The notes beneath the pieces are model-generated. The model did not search any database. It was not told the DNA's origin and saw nothing but the letters and a program-made list of their open reading frames with translations. The position numbers and the translations under genes were made by a program. Positions 1 through 13,800 of a stretch of DNA of 64,000 nt are shown in pieces. The first letter of the stretch is position 1; each line of letters opens with the position of its first letter. Source of the stretch: Verrucomicrobiota bacterium (GTDB lineage: Bacteria; Verrucomicrobiota; Verrucomicrobiia; Opitutales; Cerasicoccaceae); NCBI GenBank assembly GCA_039818205.1, contig JBCBUK010000007.1, positions 1-64,000 on the forward strand, given 5' to 3'.

Positions 1-982
1 TCCCGTGCAACCGATGTGTCGAACTATTAAATTCCAAGCCTGGAAGACCATGCGAGAGCGGTTTGCGGAAATGAGGCTGGTAACTAGAGGTCCCAATCGA
101 CATGCCGTCGCCACCCAACGCATCTCGCCAGTTTCCGACGCTGTTACCGTTACTGTGGTCAGCGTCCAACTCTTCAGGACGATACCAACGCTCCAATCCG
201 CCAAACACAGAATCAGGAATCCCCTCATTGAGCTTCGACTGATACATGATGTCGGCCTGCGCTTTACTAGTGCCGTTGGCGTGAATAACGGCTCGAAAGT
301 CGGCATCATAGTTCGAGGCAATCCAGACTGCGTTCGGATGGTAGATCCCATATTTATCGGCAAGGTAAACCTCTACGTCCGTCAGAGCAGAGTCAGCCAG
401 TGCATCGTCGTAAATCATGAACTCTGATACGAATCCATTGACAGGTTGATTCGCCGAGGCTGCGCCAACTCCAAGAACCAGTTTCCCGTGAACAGAACTC
501 GCAGTCCGGTTACCAATAAATCGACCATCAACCCAATGCTCCGCCAGACCTGTTGCCCCATTGTAGCGATAGGTATGTATAACAAAGCGATCATTATCAA
601 AATATTCGGGATCACTATTTGAGAGATAGCCACCGTTGTAGATCGAGTAAGACTGATCATTTTCATTCGATCCGGTGATTAAGAAATTCTGGGTTTCCGA
701 ACTCACAACGCGGTAGTCAGCCGCAACGTCATTCTGAGCATAAACGATTGCGATCGTAAGCGAATCCTGAGAATTCAAATGGTCGTAGGTCCCGTGCAAC
801 CGATGTGTCGAACTATTAAATTCCAAGCCTGGAAGACCATGCGAGAGCGGTTTGCGGAAATGAGGCCGGTAATTAGAGGTCCCAATCGACATGCCGTCGC
901 CACCGAGCGCATCTCGCCAATTTCCGACGCTGCTATCTTTACTGTGGTCAGCGTCCAACTCTTCAGGACGATACCAACGCTC
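1..982. repeat. Direct repeat with 789-bp (263-aa) period: copies at 1-193 (truncated by the window edge) and 790-982
   Basis: Base-by-base comparison gives 8 mismatches in 193 bp. Period is divisible by 3 and lies in frame within the LamG-repeat CDS. Confidence 0.95.
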
Positions 983-1873
983 AAGGCCATCTGAAAACCC
1001 AGTGCCAATACCGTTGATTTGCAGATATTCCCAACTCGCTGTCTTGGTAGCATCATCCTCGAATACATTGTGGGTCAGACCAACCGCGACAACATTCTTA
1101 CTAAATACAGCCGACTGCTGTAACACCCCGCCGTAGTAGAGCTCGATCGTGTCATTCGTTCGGACGATCTCAGCAGTAAAGCTACCGAAAGCCGGAAGCG
1201 TACCCTGGCCAGTGCCAAAGGCATCGACACCATCGAAGGAGAAATCCGCTTGAATCTCGCCGTTATATGCGCGCCATTCATCGTTCATACCAACGGAAGC
1301 AGTACTTCCGTCGCTAAAGCGCACATATAGATAAAGCTGAGCCAAGTCGTCAGTTCGTTCAGTGTAGGTGCACGAAGTAGAAACCTGAAAATCACCCTGT
1401 AAATTTACGTCAACGTAAAGGACATAGTCCTCGAAATCCCATTCTCCGACCTTCGGATTCACGTTACTGTTGTCAGTTTCAAGCTTTCCGCCGGCCACAG
1501 CCACATTAACGCCTTGAATGTTCCACTCTGCGCCCAGCGCAGTATCAAAATTTTCGTAATAGACACTCCCACCATTAACCGTCGTGGAACTAAGGTGCAG
1601 CTCAGTTGTGCCAGCATTGTCGACCTCAACGAGGACCGGATAGCTACCGTCACTAAACTGTCCGCTCGCCGTGTAGCTTAAATAGGTTGTCCCGCCAGTG
1701 ACACTATCGATAAATCCGGCTGGAACGGTGTCCAAGGGACCGAAGTTTCGGGTATCCACCGATGTTTGCACGGTAATATTGACTGCCCCATGTGACGCGC
1801 CGAAGCCAGCCATCACGAAAACCAGTAGCAGTTTCGCCAACATCATTAGATTCTTATCTGAAGTGAATTTCAT
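2..1873 (-). CDS. Secreted protein with tandem LamG/concanavalin A-like domains; 3' end lies outside the window (partial, >624 aa)
   Basis: Absent from the ORF track because there is no stop in the window. Manual translation from ATG 1873 is open to the edge: MKFTSDKNLMMLAKLLLVFVMAGFGASHGA (signal peptide), then GLERWYRPE..VGNWRDALGG..GLPGLEFN..EFMIYDDAL..VEVYLADKYG, and the same domain begins again. Starts 14 nt after the giant gene's stop. Confidence 0.85.
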   Translation of the reverse strand, partial: MKFTSDKNLMMLAKLLLVFVMAGFGASHGAVNITVQTSVDTRNFGPLDTVPAGFIDSVTGGTTYLSYTASGQFSDGSYPVLVEVDNAGTTELHLSSTTVNGGSVYYENFDTALGAEWNIQGVNVAVAGGKLETDNSNVNPKVGEWDFEDYVLYVDVNLQGDFQVSTSCTYTERTDDLAQLYLYVRFSDGSTASVGMNDEWRAYNGEIQADFSFDGVDAFGTGQGTLPAFGSFTAEIVRTNDTIELYYGGVLQQSAVFSKNVVAVGLTHNVFEDDATKTASWEYLQINGIGTGFSDGLERWYRPEELDADHSKDSSVGNWRDALGGDGMSIGTSNYRPHFRKPLSHGLPGLEFNSSTHRLHGTYDHLNSQDSLTIAIVYAQNDVAADYRVVSSETQNFLITGSNENDQSYSIYNGGYLSNSDPEYFDNDRFVIHTYRYNGATGLAEHWVDGRFIGNRTASSVHGKLVLGVGAASANQPVNGFVSEFMIYDDALADSALTDVEVYLADKYGIYHPNAVWIASNYDADFRAVIHANGTSKAQADIMYQSKLNEGIPDSVFGGLERWYRPEELDADHSNGNSVGNWRDALGGDGMSIGTSSYQPHFRKPLSHGLPGLEFNSSTHRLHG

Positions 1874-1887
1874 GCGTGGTCTCAAAG

Positions 1888-4800
1888 TTACGGTTTGGCA
1901 ATCGGGTTCACGATTCGCGGAGGCGCCGGTGGATAGTTCTGTGGCACAACGTAAATGGATGCGGGTCCAGCGGTCACGGAGCCATTGTTGATGTCGACCT
2001 CGTACTCGAAGAACATATCGCCGGCCGAGAGGTCTGGAATCTCATAAGGCAATACGAGGTCTCGCCCAGTGTAGTTACCCGTCAAAGATGGAACCTCCAC
2101 ACCATTCTCTAAAACACGAACGAAGTAGGACTGGTCTGCTCCAAGATACCCGACGTCGATATCAAAGCTAATTGTATCGGCATCGGATGCAGACGAAAGA
2201 ACGGTTCCTGCTCCATCGGTAATATTGATTCCCGCCGTCGATGGGGGGCCATCCACAAAGGTGTAGTTCACCGTCTCAATTGCACTTGGATAGAAACCAT
2301 TTAGATAGGCACGGGCTTTGAGCGTGATCGCAGCAAGATCAGTTGGATCCACTGGTAGAGGAACTGAATGGCCAGCATAGTAATGAGTTCCAGTTTGCCC
2401 CGGAACCGGATCAGAACCGTCTAGCGTGAAATAGATTGCTGCCTCCTTTACAAAGCTCGCCTCATTGAAAGTCCAGGTATCCAAACCGTCCCCACTGCTC
2501 GTTGATTTGCTGAAGGCCCCTTCCAGGATGTGCCCATTCGACAGTATGACCTCCGCGTTGAGAGACGTTGGTGCATCCGGAGCTCGTGGCTCATCAAAAT
2601 CAATATCATAATGCGATCCACTTGTGTTGAAGACCAAAGAATCGTCGGCAAGCAGACTATCGACAAAGCCAAGAGTTATTGATTGATATCGCTCTGGAGG
2701 AGTTTCATTGCCACCGCCTGGGTCCGGAGTCACCGTCGCGCCGGTTGGTAGACTACCATCTCCAAAGGAATCAAAATACGCCCCACTTGGCAGATCGAGC
2801 TGGATCGAGTCAACCGATAGCAGGGACGAGTTGTTGGTCACGCTGAAGTTGAATGCGTAATCGGTGGATTCTTGGACCAAGCTCATAGATACTTCCAGAT
2901 CGGTGAAGTCGGAGGAGTTAAAGAGATAGACATCTATCGCCTCATTATACTGGCCGCTGGGAACGCTAGCCATTGGGGTCTCTGTGCGTTGATTATACTT
3001 GCCCGCCAAGTAATCCTCTACCTGCTGGCGCTCTACTTCGGTAAGTCCACGATTATAGATGATGATCTCCTGGAGCTGCCCCTTGAACAGGTCGGTATTC
3101 CAAAGAGTATTCCCGATATAGTTCAAACGGCGAATCGTTTTCAAAGGCCTCAAGAACTCTGGGCTTGGGCTATCTGCAATTGATACGAGCGCTCCATTGA
3201 AGAACAACTGAGCATCTCCAGAACTTTCATGCCGAACAGCATAGGTACTGAAAGAATCGTTCAGGATGACATTGTCTCCCGAAAGAATGAATTTCCAATT
3301 GGAGTCACCGGTCTGATCTCCCTGCATAGTCCCATAGTAGAAGGCGTCAGTCTCCTCAGAGCGGGCAAAGACTACGTTGTCGTCGAATTGACCGTTTGCG
3401 AAGCTGAAGAACCGAGCATAGTTCGCGTTAGGGCCGCTGTTACTCTCCGGCTCTGGTTTTGCACGGACGAACACGGTAATCCCCTGAGAGAAATCAATCT
3501 CGCGAGCTGGCAATTCGAAGTAGTCGTCTACACCGTCAAGTTCGACCGCATCAAGCGACTCTGCAGTTACTAGGGCAGGATTGCTCACGGCGGTGGCGTC
3601 CCAGCCATTGAATGCCAAGTTAGACCAATAAATCACGTGATCGGTATCGACGCTATCAACACGTATTCCTTCGGGGTTTAGCCAGAGCTCCAAGCCGTCG
3701 ACTGGTATTCCAGCCGATGCCAATGGGAAATCTATAATAAGGTTAATCAGATTTGATTCGGACGATCTGTCATTGGCGTCAAAGGCACGCACCGAAACAG
3801 TATACTCGCCATAGTCAAGCGAAGTCGGATCAATCTGGAATAGGTAGTGATCTGGCTCAATGGTCTGGTAACTTCCAGCGACTTCATCTGAATCCACATA
3901 GAGCTTGAGGTCGGTAACTGCAACGTCGTCCTGAGCAACTACTACAAACTGGACAATCGATCCGTATTCGATCAGTGCATCATCGACCGGGCTCAAGATC
4001 TCGACATTGAAAGGAGCATTGTCAGGCGATACGTCGATTGATTCAACCGGAAGAATTACAGGTGGATTAACTCCATCGTCCAGTGTCGCGGTGACCTGGT
4101 AGATCCCGCCGACATCAGCTGGAAGCATATAAACGACCTGGCGGGAGTCTGACAATCGAACTGGATCAAGAGTCTCGTCAAGTAATGGGTGATTTGTCGT
4201 ATCCGGGTGCTGGATACTGAGAGTCAATGAGGATAGACCAAGATCATCTTGGGCTAGGAGGTCGATCGCAATGTTCTGTCCAGCAACTGCCAGATTTGGC
4301 ACTGACAATGTGCCTAGTGGGGCGAGATCCTGATCCACTACGATATTCGTGCTAGATACAAAGCTCTCTCCGCCGATATCGCGCACTTCTGCCTCAATTG
4401 TCATCGGTGCACTATCGACAAAGGGTGGTACGTTTAGGTTGAACGTATAATCTCCGTTCGCCGAAACATTCTGTACGTGTGTTTCGTCATTAAACCGAAG
4501 AATGATCGCTTCGAGCGATAGCTCTGAGTTTGCACTTACTGTGACCGAAAACGGTGTGTTCTCGATCAATCCAGTAGATGGAATCACTTCGACAAGGGTT
4601 ATCTCTGGTGTGCTCTTGACCAGATCCAAATCTAATGAAGCCTCAGGCAATCCTAAATCAGTCGTGTTCCCATTTTTATCTGAAGCTTGAACGGTAAAAA
4701 TGCGAGTTCCTGGCTGATCATCAATGCTAGTGTTATACACGAAATCGTAGGTATTGTCTGGTTCTGCAGCAAACGTAGCGAGATCTACATTATCGATCGC

Positions 4801-7800
4801 AAAGGTAACTGAATCCACACCTACGACTGCATCTGTCACCTGGACTGAAAGCGTGACTGGAAGCCCGAGAACAAGCGGCTCGCTTGAAGCAATATTGAAG
4901 ATCTCCGGAGGATCTGTGTCCTGAGTAGACGATAGCGATAAGGTGGCGTCATTGCTGAGACCGCTAACATCATAAGCCACCGCTTTCAGCGTATAGTTTT
5001 GCACCGTGCTATCCGCAAAATTGGCCGTATTGATATTGAAGGTAAAAGTTTCTAGATCACCACCTGGAACGCTTGAACTAGCCGAGAAAAATGTATCGGT
5101 CACCCCATCGGACTCATCATCCGTAAGAGTCACTTCCACTCTAGATATTGCCTTGTTGTCGGTCGCTCGAGCTCGAACGCTAATAACCGAACCTAGAATA
5201 AAATTCAATTCACTGCTTCCGGGCGCAAGGATTTCTATACTTGGAAGAGTCGTTTCTTGAAGGATTGAAACAGTGTGACTCGCAGTCGTAGCATTCCCAA
5301 GAATGTCTTCGACAACTGCCGTAAGAACAAACTCGTGAGGATCATCGGCAAAATAATCGGGAACAAGGATATTCGTGAATGACGCTGTTGTGACATTTCC
5401 AGCAACCGTTTCCAATGCAATTCCATCAACTAGTAGGGTTACGTGGGCAACTGGTTCACTATTAGCGCTAACATCCAGGGTCTGGTCAAACGAGAGACCT
5501 TCCGTTAACGAACTCGGCGCATTATTAAACACAACTGCAGGTGGTGTAACGGCATTGATAGTGATCGCGTCACTCTTCCTAAACGAGCTCGTATTGCCAG
5601 ATCGGTCTGTTGCAAAGACCACAATGTCACCTCCCGTAACAAGTGGAATAGACGAGGTCGTCAATACTGCCTGATTATTCACGGCATCGTAGCCATCAGC
5701 ATAGTCGATGAATACTTCGTCGTTCGATACTGACGCACTTGGATCTAACCAGAATTCGATACGGCCCGGTGTCAGACCTTCTTCTGCCCCATCAACGCTC
5801 TTGGCATCCATGTCATCGTCAAGGTCGGCAGTAATTACAACCAATGAGCCAACAGACGCATTGCTCTTGTCGAGAGATACGCCCGTAATCACGGGAGCAG
5901 TCGAGTCGACTGTTAAATAGTCATTGATAAATGCTGAAGTCGGATCAAGCGAATTACCATTTGCGTCTTTAATTGTTGGTAGAAGTTCCAGCGTATAGTG
6001 CTGTGACTCCAACAAGATTGGAGAGATCGTTAAGATAGTATTCAGGGAATTCCAGCTCATTGGTGGCGAACTGACCGAAACACCATTCTGGTACCAATTA
6101 ACCGCGAGCGATGAAACATCCATCGGCTCTGAAAAACGGATTTCAAATTCAGTATCCGTGGAAAGAGCCCGTGTTCGATCGCTGGGGCTTACTAACAAAA
6201 CAGTTGGCTGAACGATGTCGCTGCGGTTGATCGTCAGAGAACTCAACAAAGCAGCATCGGCAGGCCGGGTCACAGTAATACTTAGTGAAGAATGGCCCGC
6301 TGGAACGCGGAACGAAATCGACGTATCAGAATAGGTTTCAACGTCGATCGGCAAAAACCCACCCTGTCCATCAGTCGCAGTAATTTGCAAGTCACGGGTG
6401 AACCCACCTCCATTCAAGGTGATCTGCTCTCCACCGGAAAATCCAACCCCGCCGGATGGCAGAACGATCGTAGCCGTCAGTGGGTCGTAATCGTCCTCAG
6501 GACCGAGAGTTAGATCCGTAACTGGCGCCAACGGAAATACTGAATATGGAGCTTCTGCAGCAACTAAACCACTGACCGTTTCAATGTAAAGGATATCGTT
6601 CCATTCCTGGATCTCGGAAATTTCCGATAGCGTGGATATCTGCGTCAATTTTTCGGTCGGGTTCAGAATACTATAGACTTCGAGCACCGTCCCAGCTGCG
6701 GAATAGAGTTCATTGCCCCGTAGAAACGCCAGATCTGAGCCGTTGGCCAACGAAATCGACTGAACATAGTCAGACTCCGAATTGGACGTATTATTCAGGT
6801 CGACAATGCGGACACTACGATCATCGAGTGTGAGAACTATCTCATAACCGTGGCATGTAACCCCTACGATCGATTGCCCACCAACTGAAAGATCCAGGCT
6901 CTTTGTTCTCTCAGCCAATCCATCCAAGAGATCAATCAATTTAATCGTTGCGGAAGATCCTTCCGCGACCGATACAACAAATCCGTCAGCCAGTTCGAAT
7001 GGTCGCAGAGAAACGATATCACCGTCCGAGCCAACGCTATGTGCAGCAATTATAGGCACGCTGGCTTGCAAGGTATCGAAGACAAGTAATTCCTGTGCCG
7101 TATCGTCTTTGTGCAATCCAACCAAATACTGGCCAGACGCCACGAACTCAATCAGGTTAGTATCCTGGCTCAGCGGAATGGTGACAAAGTCGCTCAGGTC
7201 AGCCCGGTCGTGAAGCGAAATAAAGCTGCCATAATTAACAAATACACCGCGGGATGTCTCTGCAACCTGACGTGGCTTCTCGACCAGTGCAGACAAGTCG
7301 TAGGCGAAGGCATCGTTAATCCCTTTCAAATCGGGACGGCCTTGTGGCAGGATCTGCAGCAACTCATCGGTTGCGGCATTGAGCGCATAAATTGCATCCA
7401 AGGTAGTCGCACTCGAGAGGTCTAAAACACCATTGGCGACCGAAGCAATCTGACCACTCAGCAATCGTTCGTAGAGCAAAACTTTTGCCTTCACCGCGGT
7501 CAGTCCAAAACCGTTGTCTATGGTTACCGATGCAGATCCTGGCGCATGGGCCGGCGTCTCGAACTGAATAGTACTGCTAGAGAGCACCTCAATATTACGT
7601 GCTGGCACACCATCGACGAAAACCAGAGAATTCGGATAGAAATAAGACCCCGAAAGGGTGACAACATTTCCACCGGACTCACCGACACTCGATGGAGACG
7701 ACTCGCCGATCAATGGGGCGGTTATGTAAACGTAGCTGTGATTAAGTCGTTGACTCAAACCGCCCGGGTTTACGATCTCGAGTGACACAGCTCCTTCCTG

Positions 7801-10800
7801 CTCTGGCAGTGTAATAAATGACAACTCTGACCCGTCTGCACTTAAGCTCACAGAAGTGTGGTCATAGGATTCGCTGCCAAGAGAAACGAGAAATCCGCTA
7901 GCCACATCGAAACTGCCCGGCTCGCCACGAACATATACTGTCTGACCTCCTAAATCCGGACCGAAGGTCGGCGAAAGACCGTAAACAACTGGCTGAATCG
8001 AACTCGGATCGTCCGCAGTTGAAAACATGCTCGAAAAACCGGAACTAATCACATTGTTCGATACATCCGTCAACGGACTGAGCAATCGGATTTCATAGTC
8101 GGTGGCCGGATTCAGCGGCGACAATGGTATCAACCTCAATAACGAAGTATTTCCTTCGACAAAGTGTTCAAGACTCGTAGCCACGACAGAACCACCCGCT
8201 TCTATCAGCTGAAGACCCATGCTGTCGCTTGCATTGAAGGCGGCCGCGCTAAAATCGTTCGCGAGAATTCGATTCAACTGCAAGTCGATGGCAACTGTAA
8301 CCGGGACCTTGGAACCATTCGCTGGAGAAACCTTAACAATAGTGGGAACAATAAATGGAACGACCCGTATCTCACCGCCTTCCGTTCCAACGAATACATA
8401 CCCGTCGTCGTAGCGCACAGCTGTCACGTCCTCCTTAGAATCAGAATACAAGACCAGATCGCTCAAAATGGATTGGCCGGCTCGATCAATGGTAAGGTCA
8501 AAAACCTGCACTCCGCCATCGCGAGTCGCCAAGAATACAAGACTGCCAAACACGTCGATACTTGCAATAGCCGGTTCCAGGTCCGAATCAAAGTAGTCAG
8601 CCACCGGAAGCAGTTCGCCAAGCAACACGCGTGCGGACGGTATGCTAACGTCATAAACGTAAACCTTCGCAGAATTCGGCTTCTCTACAGCAAGATACGC
8701 GATTCCTTCGCTAAGTTGGAGGTCGGTGACTGTCCCATCGAACTCAACACCCGCGCCAGCTACAGATGCGAAACCAGGATCCTGCAGGTCCCGGACTGAC
8801 AAGACACTCTCACCGGCATTTGTGGGATGTGGATGAACATAGTAGAGTTTACTGCCATCACTAGCCAGGTGTTCGACTTTACCGTCGTCCGCAGCAAAAG
8901 CATCAGAGGACAGCCCCAACGGAGTAATCACAATAATTTGGAGCCCTTGGTCCGTACCAAGAACAATAAGATTACCCACACGCTCAATCGAGCGAATAGG
9001 AGAAGATACTCCGAAGACCTCTTCCAGGCTTGATTCCGCCGGCAACGCGGTATCGAGCACGACGAGCTGTGTATCGGTGCCGACGTAAAGTCGATCCGTT
9101 GAATCATCGAGAAAGAATGTGTTAACACCTGTTCCGGCTAGAGTCAAATTTGTGTCATTGGTAAGATCCTGCAACTCGGACAGAACCGCTGGATTACTGC
9201 TATCGATGTTTAAGAGCAAAGGATTCGAATCAGCATCGAAAATCAGTGCTGTCAAATACGCACCGGCAACACTAATCTCCGCTACGTGCCCACCGTAGGC
9301 ATTGCTCGTCGGAGGCAAGCTCGGTGTCGTGTAGGTAAAGGCATCTGCCAGCGTGATTGATGACTCATTGGGGGTTCCAGCAAGGCGGATAACCCGGACA
9401 TCGACGCTGCCAAATGATCCAAGAGATGAAGCGGGGACAATGAAGCTCAAACGGTTTTGACTATCGACGACCACCCCAACCGAACGAATACCATCAATAA
9501 ATACCTCTACCTGATCCGGAACAAAGCCGTTGCCCTCAAGGTAGACCCGAATACCACCTGCCGGATCCGACGAATCCAAACCAACAAATCCATTAACGGC
9601 CAATGGTGGGATGATGTTCAAGGCTCCGTAGAATGTATCAGAACGGCCCGCAGAACTAGTCACGGTGAGTGCCGCCATGCCGTAATCAGTATGTCCAAGT
9701 GGATCGATATCCACAGTCCATTCTCCGGTAAGCGTATCAAAAGTCGGTGGTATACTTGAGTTGATCGAGAGACCTGCTACATCGATAACGTCGTTGTCGC
9801 TGAAGCCATCACCGGAAATAACAATTGTATTCGTTTCCGTCGCCAAGTTGTAGTGCTCAGTGACGCTTTTAATAACAACTGGCAAAGCATTAACGACCGT
9901 AAAAGTCGCGTGCCAGTCAGAGATTAACCTGAGGCCATTTTGAAGCGACTCTATTTCTGGAGAACCACCAGCTGAGACAACAACATGATATGTACCATCC
10001 AACCAGCTATTGGGAGTTGGGTTAAACTCAGCATACGAAGCGGTGGCCGTGTAGATAACCGGCCATTCGCCATCAATTAACAAATCTTGGTCTGGCTCAA
10101 CTACACCATCACCGTCATCAAGGTATACGGCAGCATTGGGCGCTACACTATCGGGCTTAACCGGAAGTGAGAAATCGACCCGTAACTCATCCAGATTCAA
10201 AACCTCACCATCGAGATCCGAATCCACATAGAGCTGTGGCACCATAATCGGCGTAATATTTCCGCCATTGTTCACCCAAAGCATTCCTCGAGCGTAATCA
10301 AAACTTGTGATAGGATCATTCACCTCCGCGAAGAACCGCAAAGCGCCTGAGGTTGGATCGACTACTAATACTTTCTCCTCAACGCTGATGTAGGCAAGGC
10401 CTCCGCGAACCGCCAGGGCAGACTCCGATGGTGCCCCGTTGGCATAATGCTCGGTTGGAATCACATTGGATGCCTCGACACCACCGTTCGTCGAAACTTG
10501 AAGAATTCGGAGTTCATCATCGGAACCTTCCACACGAAGTAAACCATAGAACCAACCATTAGCATAATCGATATCGAGCAGGTTCCCATCTATATCTGAA
10601 ACGAATTCACTCAGTGGAAGCAATCGAGGGTTCCTAGGATCAACCTGGAGAATCCTCGATGTCTCTACTCCATCGAAGACCGAGATAAAGAACGCATCGT
10701 TAAAGTAATCGATACCGGTCGCCTCGCCACCAAGCAACAGCTGATCAGCGGCAAAGATTCGCGTCGAATCAGACTGATCATAGATCACGAGCGCACCCGA

Positions 10801-13800
10801 ACTTGAAACAGTGGCCAACAGATCATCTAGAACAAATACATCATTAGACGCTCCTATAGCCGTAGGGTATCCAATTTCATCAGGCGCTGTTGGGTTACTG
10901 ATATTGATGAGGCGCAGCTGAGCTGGCACTTGGTCACCAACGGCGTAGATTGCATCTCCAACCACACGCATGCCGGATGCATTGAGTCCTAGAGAGATAC
11001 TCGGTTCCGTCTCGAGAATATAGTTCCAAGATCCGATGAGGTATTCAGTCTGGTCAGGTAGGATCAGGTAAATATCTACCCGACCTGGAAAGTCTGCTCG
11101 AGGGACATAACCAAAGACTTCGCTGAGAGATCGAACATCGAGGCCCACTAAACTCTGCTTGCCGGAAAGATAAGCCGGACCACGAAACTCAATATCAATG
11201 CCAGCGGGGAAGATCTTGTCAGAACTCGATATGGATATTCGGTCCTCACCCGAAATGGGACCACCGCTACCTTCAATCGAGATACTGCCAGGAACGACCG
11301 GATCAATAACGACGAACTTTCCAAAACATGCCGTGCTAGCGCCACCGTTGACGTTTGTCACTGTGACCACACCTGGGCCTGCATCCAGACCACTGGCTGG
11401 CCACTGCACATCTAGACTCGTCTCAGAGCGGTTGACAACTGCTGCTGGCTGCCCATTCAGCTCAACCTGAAGTCCGTTAACATCGAAGTCTTTCCCCGTA
11501 ATCTTGATCGTGCTCCCTTGGCCCTGATCAGCCGCATAAACATAGAATGGTTCCACCCGGTAAATCTCAGGCACCTGCGCGCCAACCGGTAGGGTTTTGA
11601 AGCCAAAGTTCACTAGAGACTGTAAACGCCCACCTTTTGTGTCGGTTAAAGCCGTGGTGAGTTCAACCCGATACTCGGTGTCAGCGGCCAAATTGTCTAC
11701 GGCTGTGGAATCCGCAGGGCTGATGACGAGTCGGTAATCATCCGTACCTGTCTCAGGAAAACTGAGAGAACCGGCAATCGTCTGCCACGAACCATCGGAC
11801 TCTTTTCTGAAGAGGCTAACCTCATCGCCGAGATTGATGCCATTGGTGAATAGACCACGAGCAAAATTAACCACAATTTCCGAATTGGTAGGGACGTGTT
11901 TATCCCCATCCAATGGGAAAGATTTCAGAACAAAGTTAAACGGTAGTTCAAAGGTCTTGATCTCACCATTCCCAGTCACAACAACCGAGTCTTCCACGAC
12001 TTCGACATCCAAAGCCATTTCAACGTTGCCCGCACTGACGAGTTTGTATTCCGGCCGCTGCGGATCTGAAAGATCAGGGTTGTTTAGATCATAGATTCGA
12101 ACACCGCCTTTTTGCGCCGCGACGAATAAGTAGCCTCCGCGCAACTCAACGCGGCTATAACGCCCGCCAGTCTCAACAATCTCAGCTTCAGGTACCGAAA
12201 GATATCCGAGGTATCCTGGTAAACCGAACGGGTATTCAGGAACCTGCGGGGCAAAAGGGTTTGAAAGGTCCGGCAGAACCGGAATCGCATCAAGCAGTTC
12301 AAGCTGGTCAAGTCTCGAAAGATCAAACAAGTGGACACCGTCATCCTGCACGGCAACGGCTAGCAAATCCCCTTCTACGGCCATATCGACCGGTTGTCCC
12401 AAAGTGAATTCAAGGTCCACGGAAACGGCACTCGCGGATTGATTCAAATGACTAGGCAAATTGCTCAATTCAATAAGCTTTAACTGATTCGAAACACCAG
12501 GCCCGTGATCTACCCAATACTGCCAGCCACTGCGATCAGGGAAACCAATGTCCCAACCATATTCGTCAAAATTGCTTGGAGCAAAGCTGCCAAATGTTCC
12601 AGAATAGCGCGGTTTAGGATACTTGGGCTCATTCGGCGGCATTGCTGGCCGACGGGGAATTTCTAGGTCGACAACATAATTCGGCTCGTGAATGACGGTT
12701 TCGGCCAGAATCAAGAGACCATCTTCTATTATCACGCGGGAAGCTGCAAGCCCCAGGGAACCGATACGTACCGGATCGACACGGTTGGGAGCATCACCAG
12801 ATCCAACTATGTAGTTCGATAAATCATAAAAATCCAGGCGCTGCTTACTTATATCGCTGCCATTCACCGCCACGACAGCGAGACTGCCAGAAGCGGCAAC
12901 ATCGGCCGCCAGATCACTCTCAGTGCCAAAGTCAGTAGCCAGGATATCCCATTCAGTATTCTCCTGACCAGGAACGTAATCCTCAAGCAGATCCAAAGCC
13001 GTCAATCCGGAGCTGCCATTCGCAACCAAGAGCATGCGACGCTCAAGACTGCCGTTATCAACAAAGTTGGCGATCGCCAACGAGCGGGAGTCAGGCGCAC
13101 GTCCAGACTCGATATACTTGGTGTCCCCACCACGCGGATTGATCAAGTAGCGATCAACTTCTGCTGCAGAGAAGTTGCTAGTCTTTGCTTGGGCCGGAAT
13201 CGGAGTTTCTGAATCCGAAAGATCAAATGCTAAAGCGTAGTAGGAACTGTAGATACTCGAGACAAATGGAACGTTGTTGATCGGCAGCTTAATTCGGTTG
13301 CCATCATTAAAAAGGCCACCCGAAGTGTAGACCAGCTTACCAGAAAACTCCGGATCAGAAAGCAGGTATTTCGGTGCTGAGTTTTCAAAGCTCGTGCTCC
13401 CCAAGAGGCGCAGGCCATACTCAATTCCGTCGATCGCAGTCGAACGATCGTAGCCAGCTTGCTGAATACTCCGATTGGTAACGGTAACGTCGACTGGGCC
13501 AAAATATCCGTCTGGAACAACCGCAGTCAACATCTGTGGAGAGACATATTCAACATCCGTTAGCGTGACTCCGTTCAGATCAACTGTTGCGCCAGGAGCC
13601 AATGAATTACCTGGCAGGAATCCATCCCCACGGATAGTGATTCGCGTGCCTCCGGCAGCACTAACAAAGTGCGGTGTAATCTCCGAGATAGAAATTCCAT
13701 CGAAGAACTGGACACCACCCAACCAAGAATCTGAAAGGCTCAAATTAACATCATCGGTAGCCGAATCCCCATCGTGGTCGGTATCGATCGAAGGATTGAT

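Noticed and set aside
1..982. Diversity-generating retroelement TR/VR pair
   Set aside because: The 8 mismatches are not confined to adenines of one copy on either strand, both copies are in frame in one CDS, and no reverse transcriptase is in the window.
5..994. Plus-strand ORFs 5-427 and 779-994 with near-identical translations
   Set aside because: Antisense shadows of the duplicated minus-strand LamG domain.
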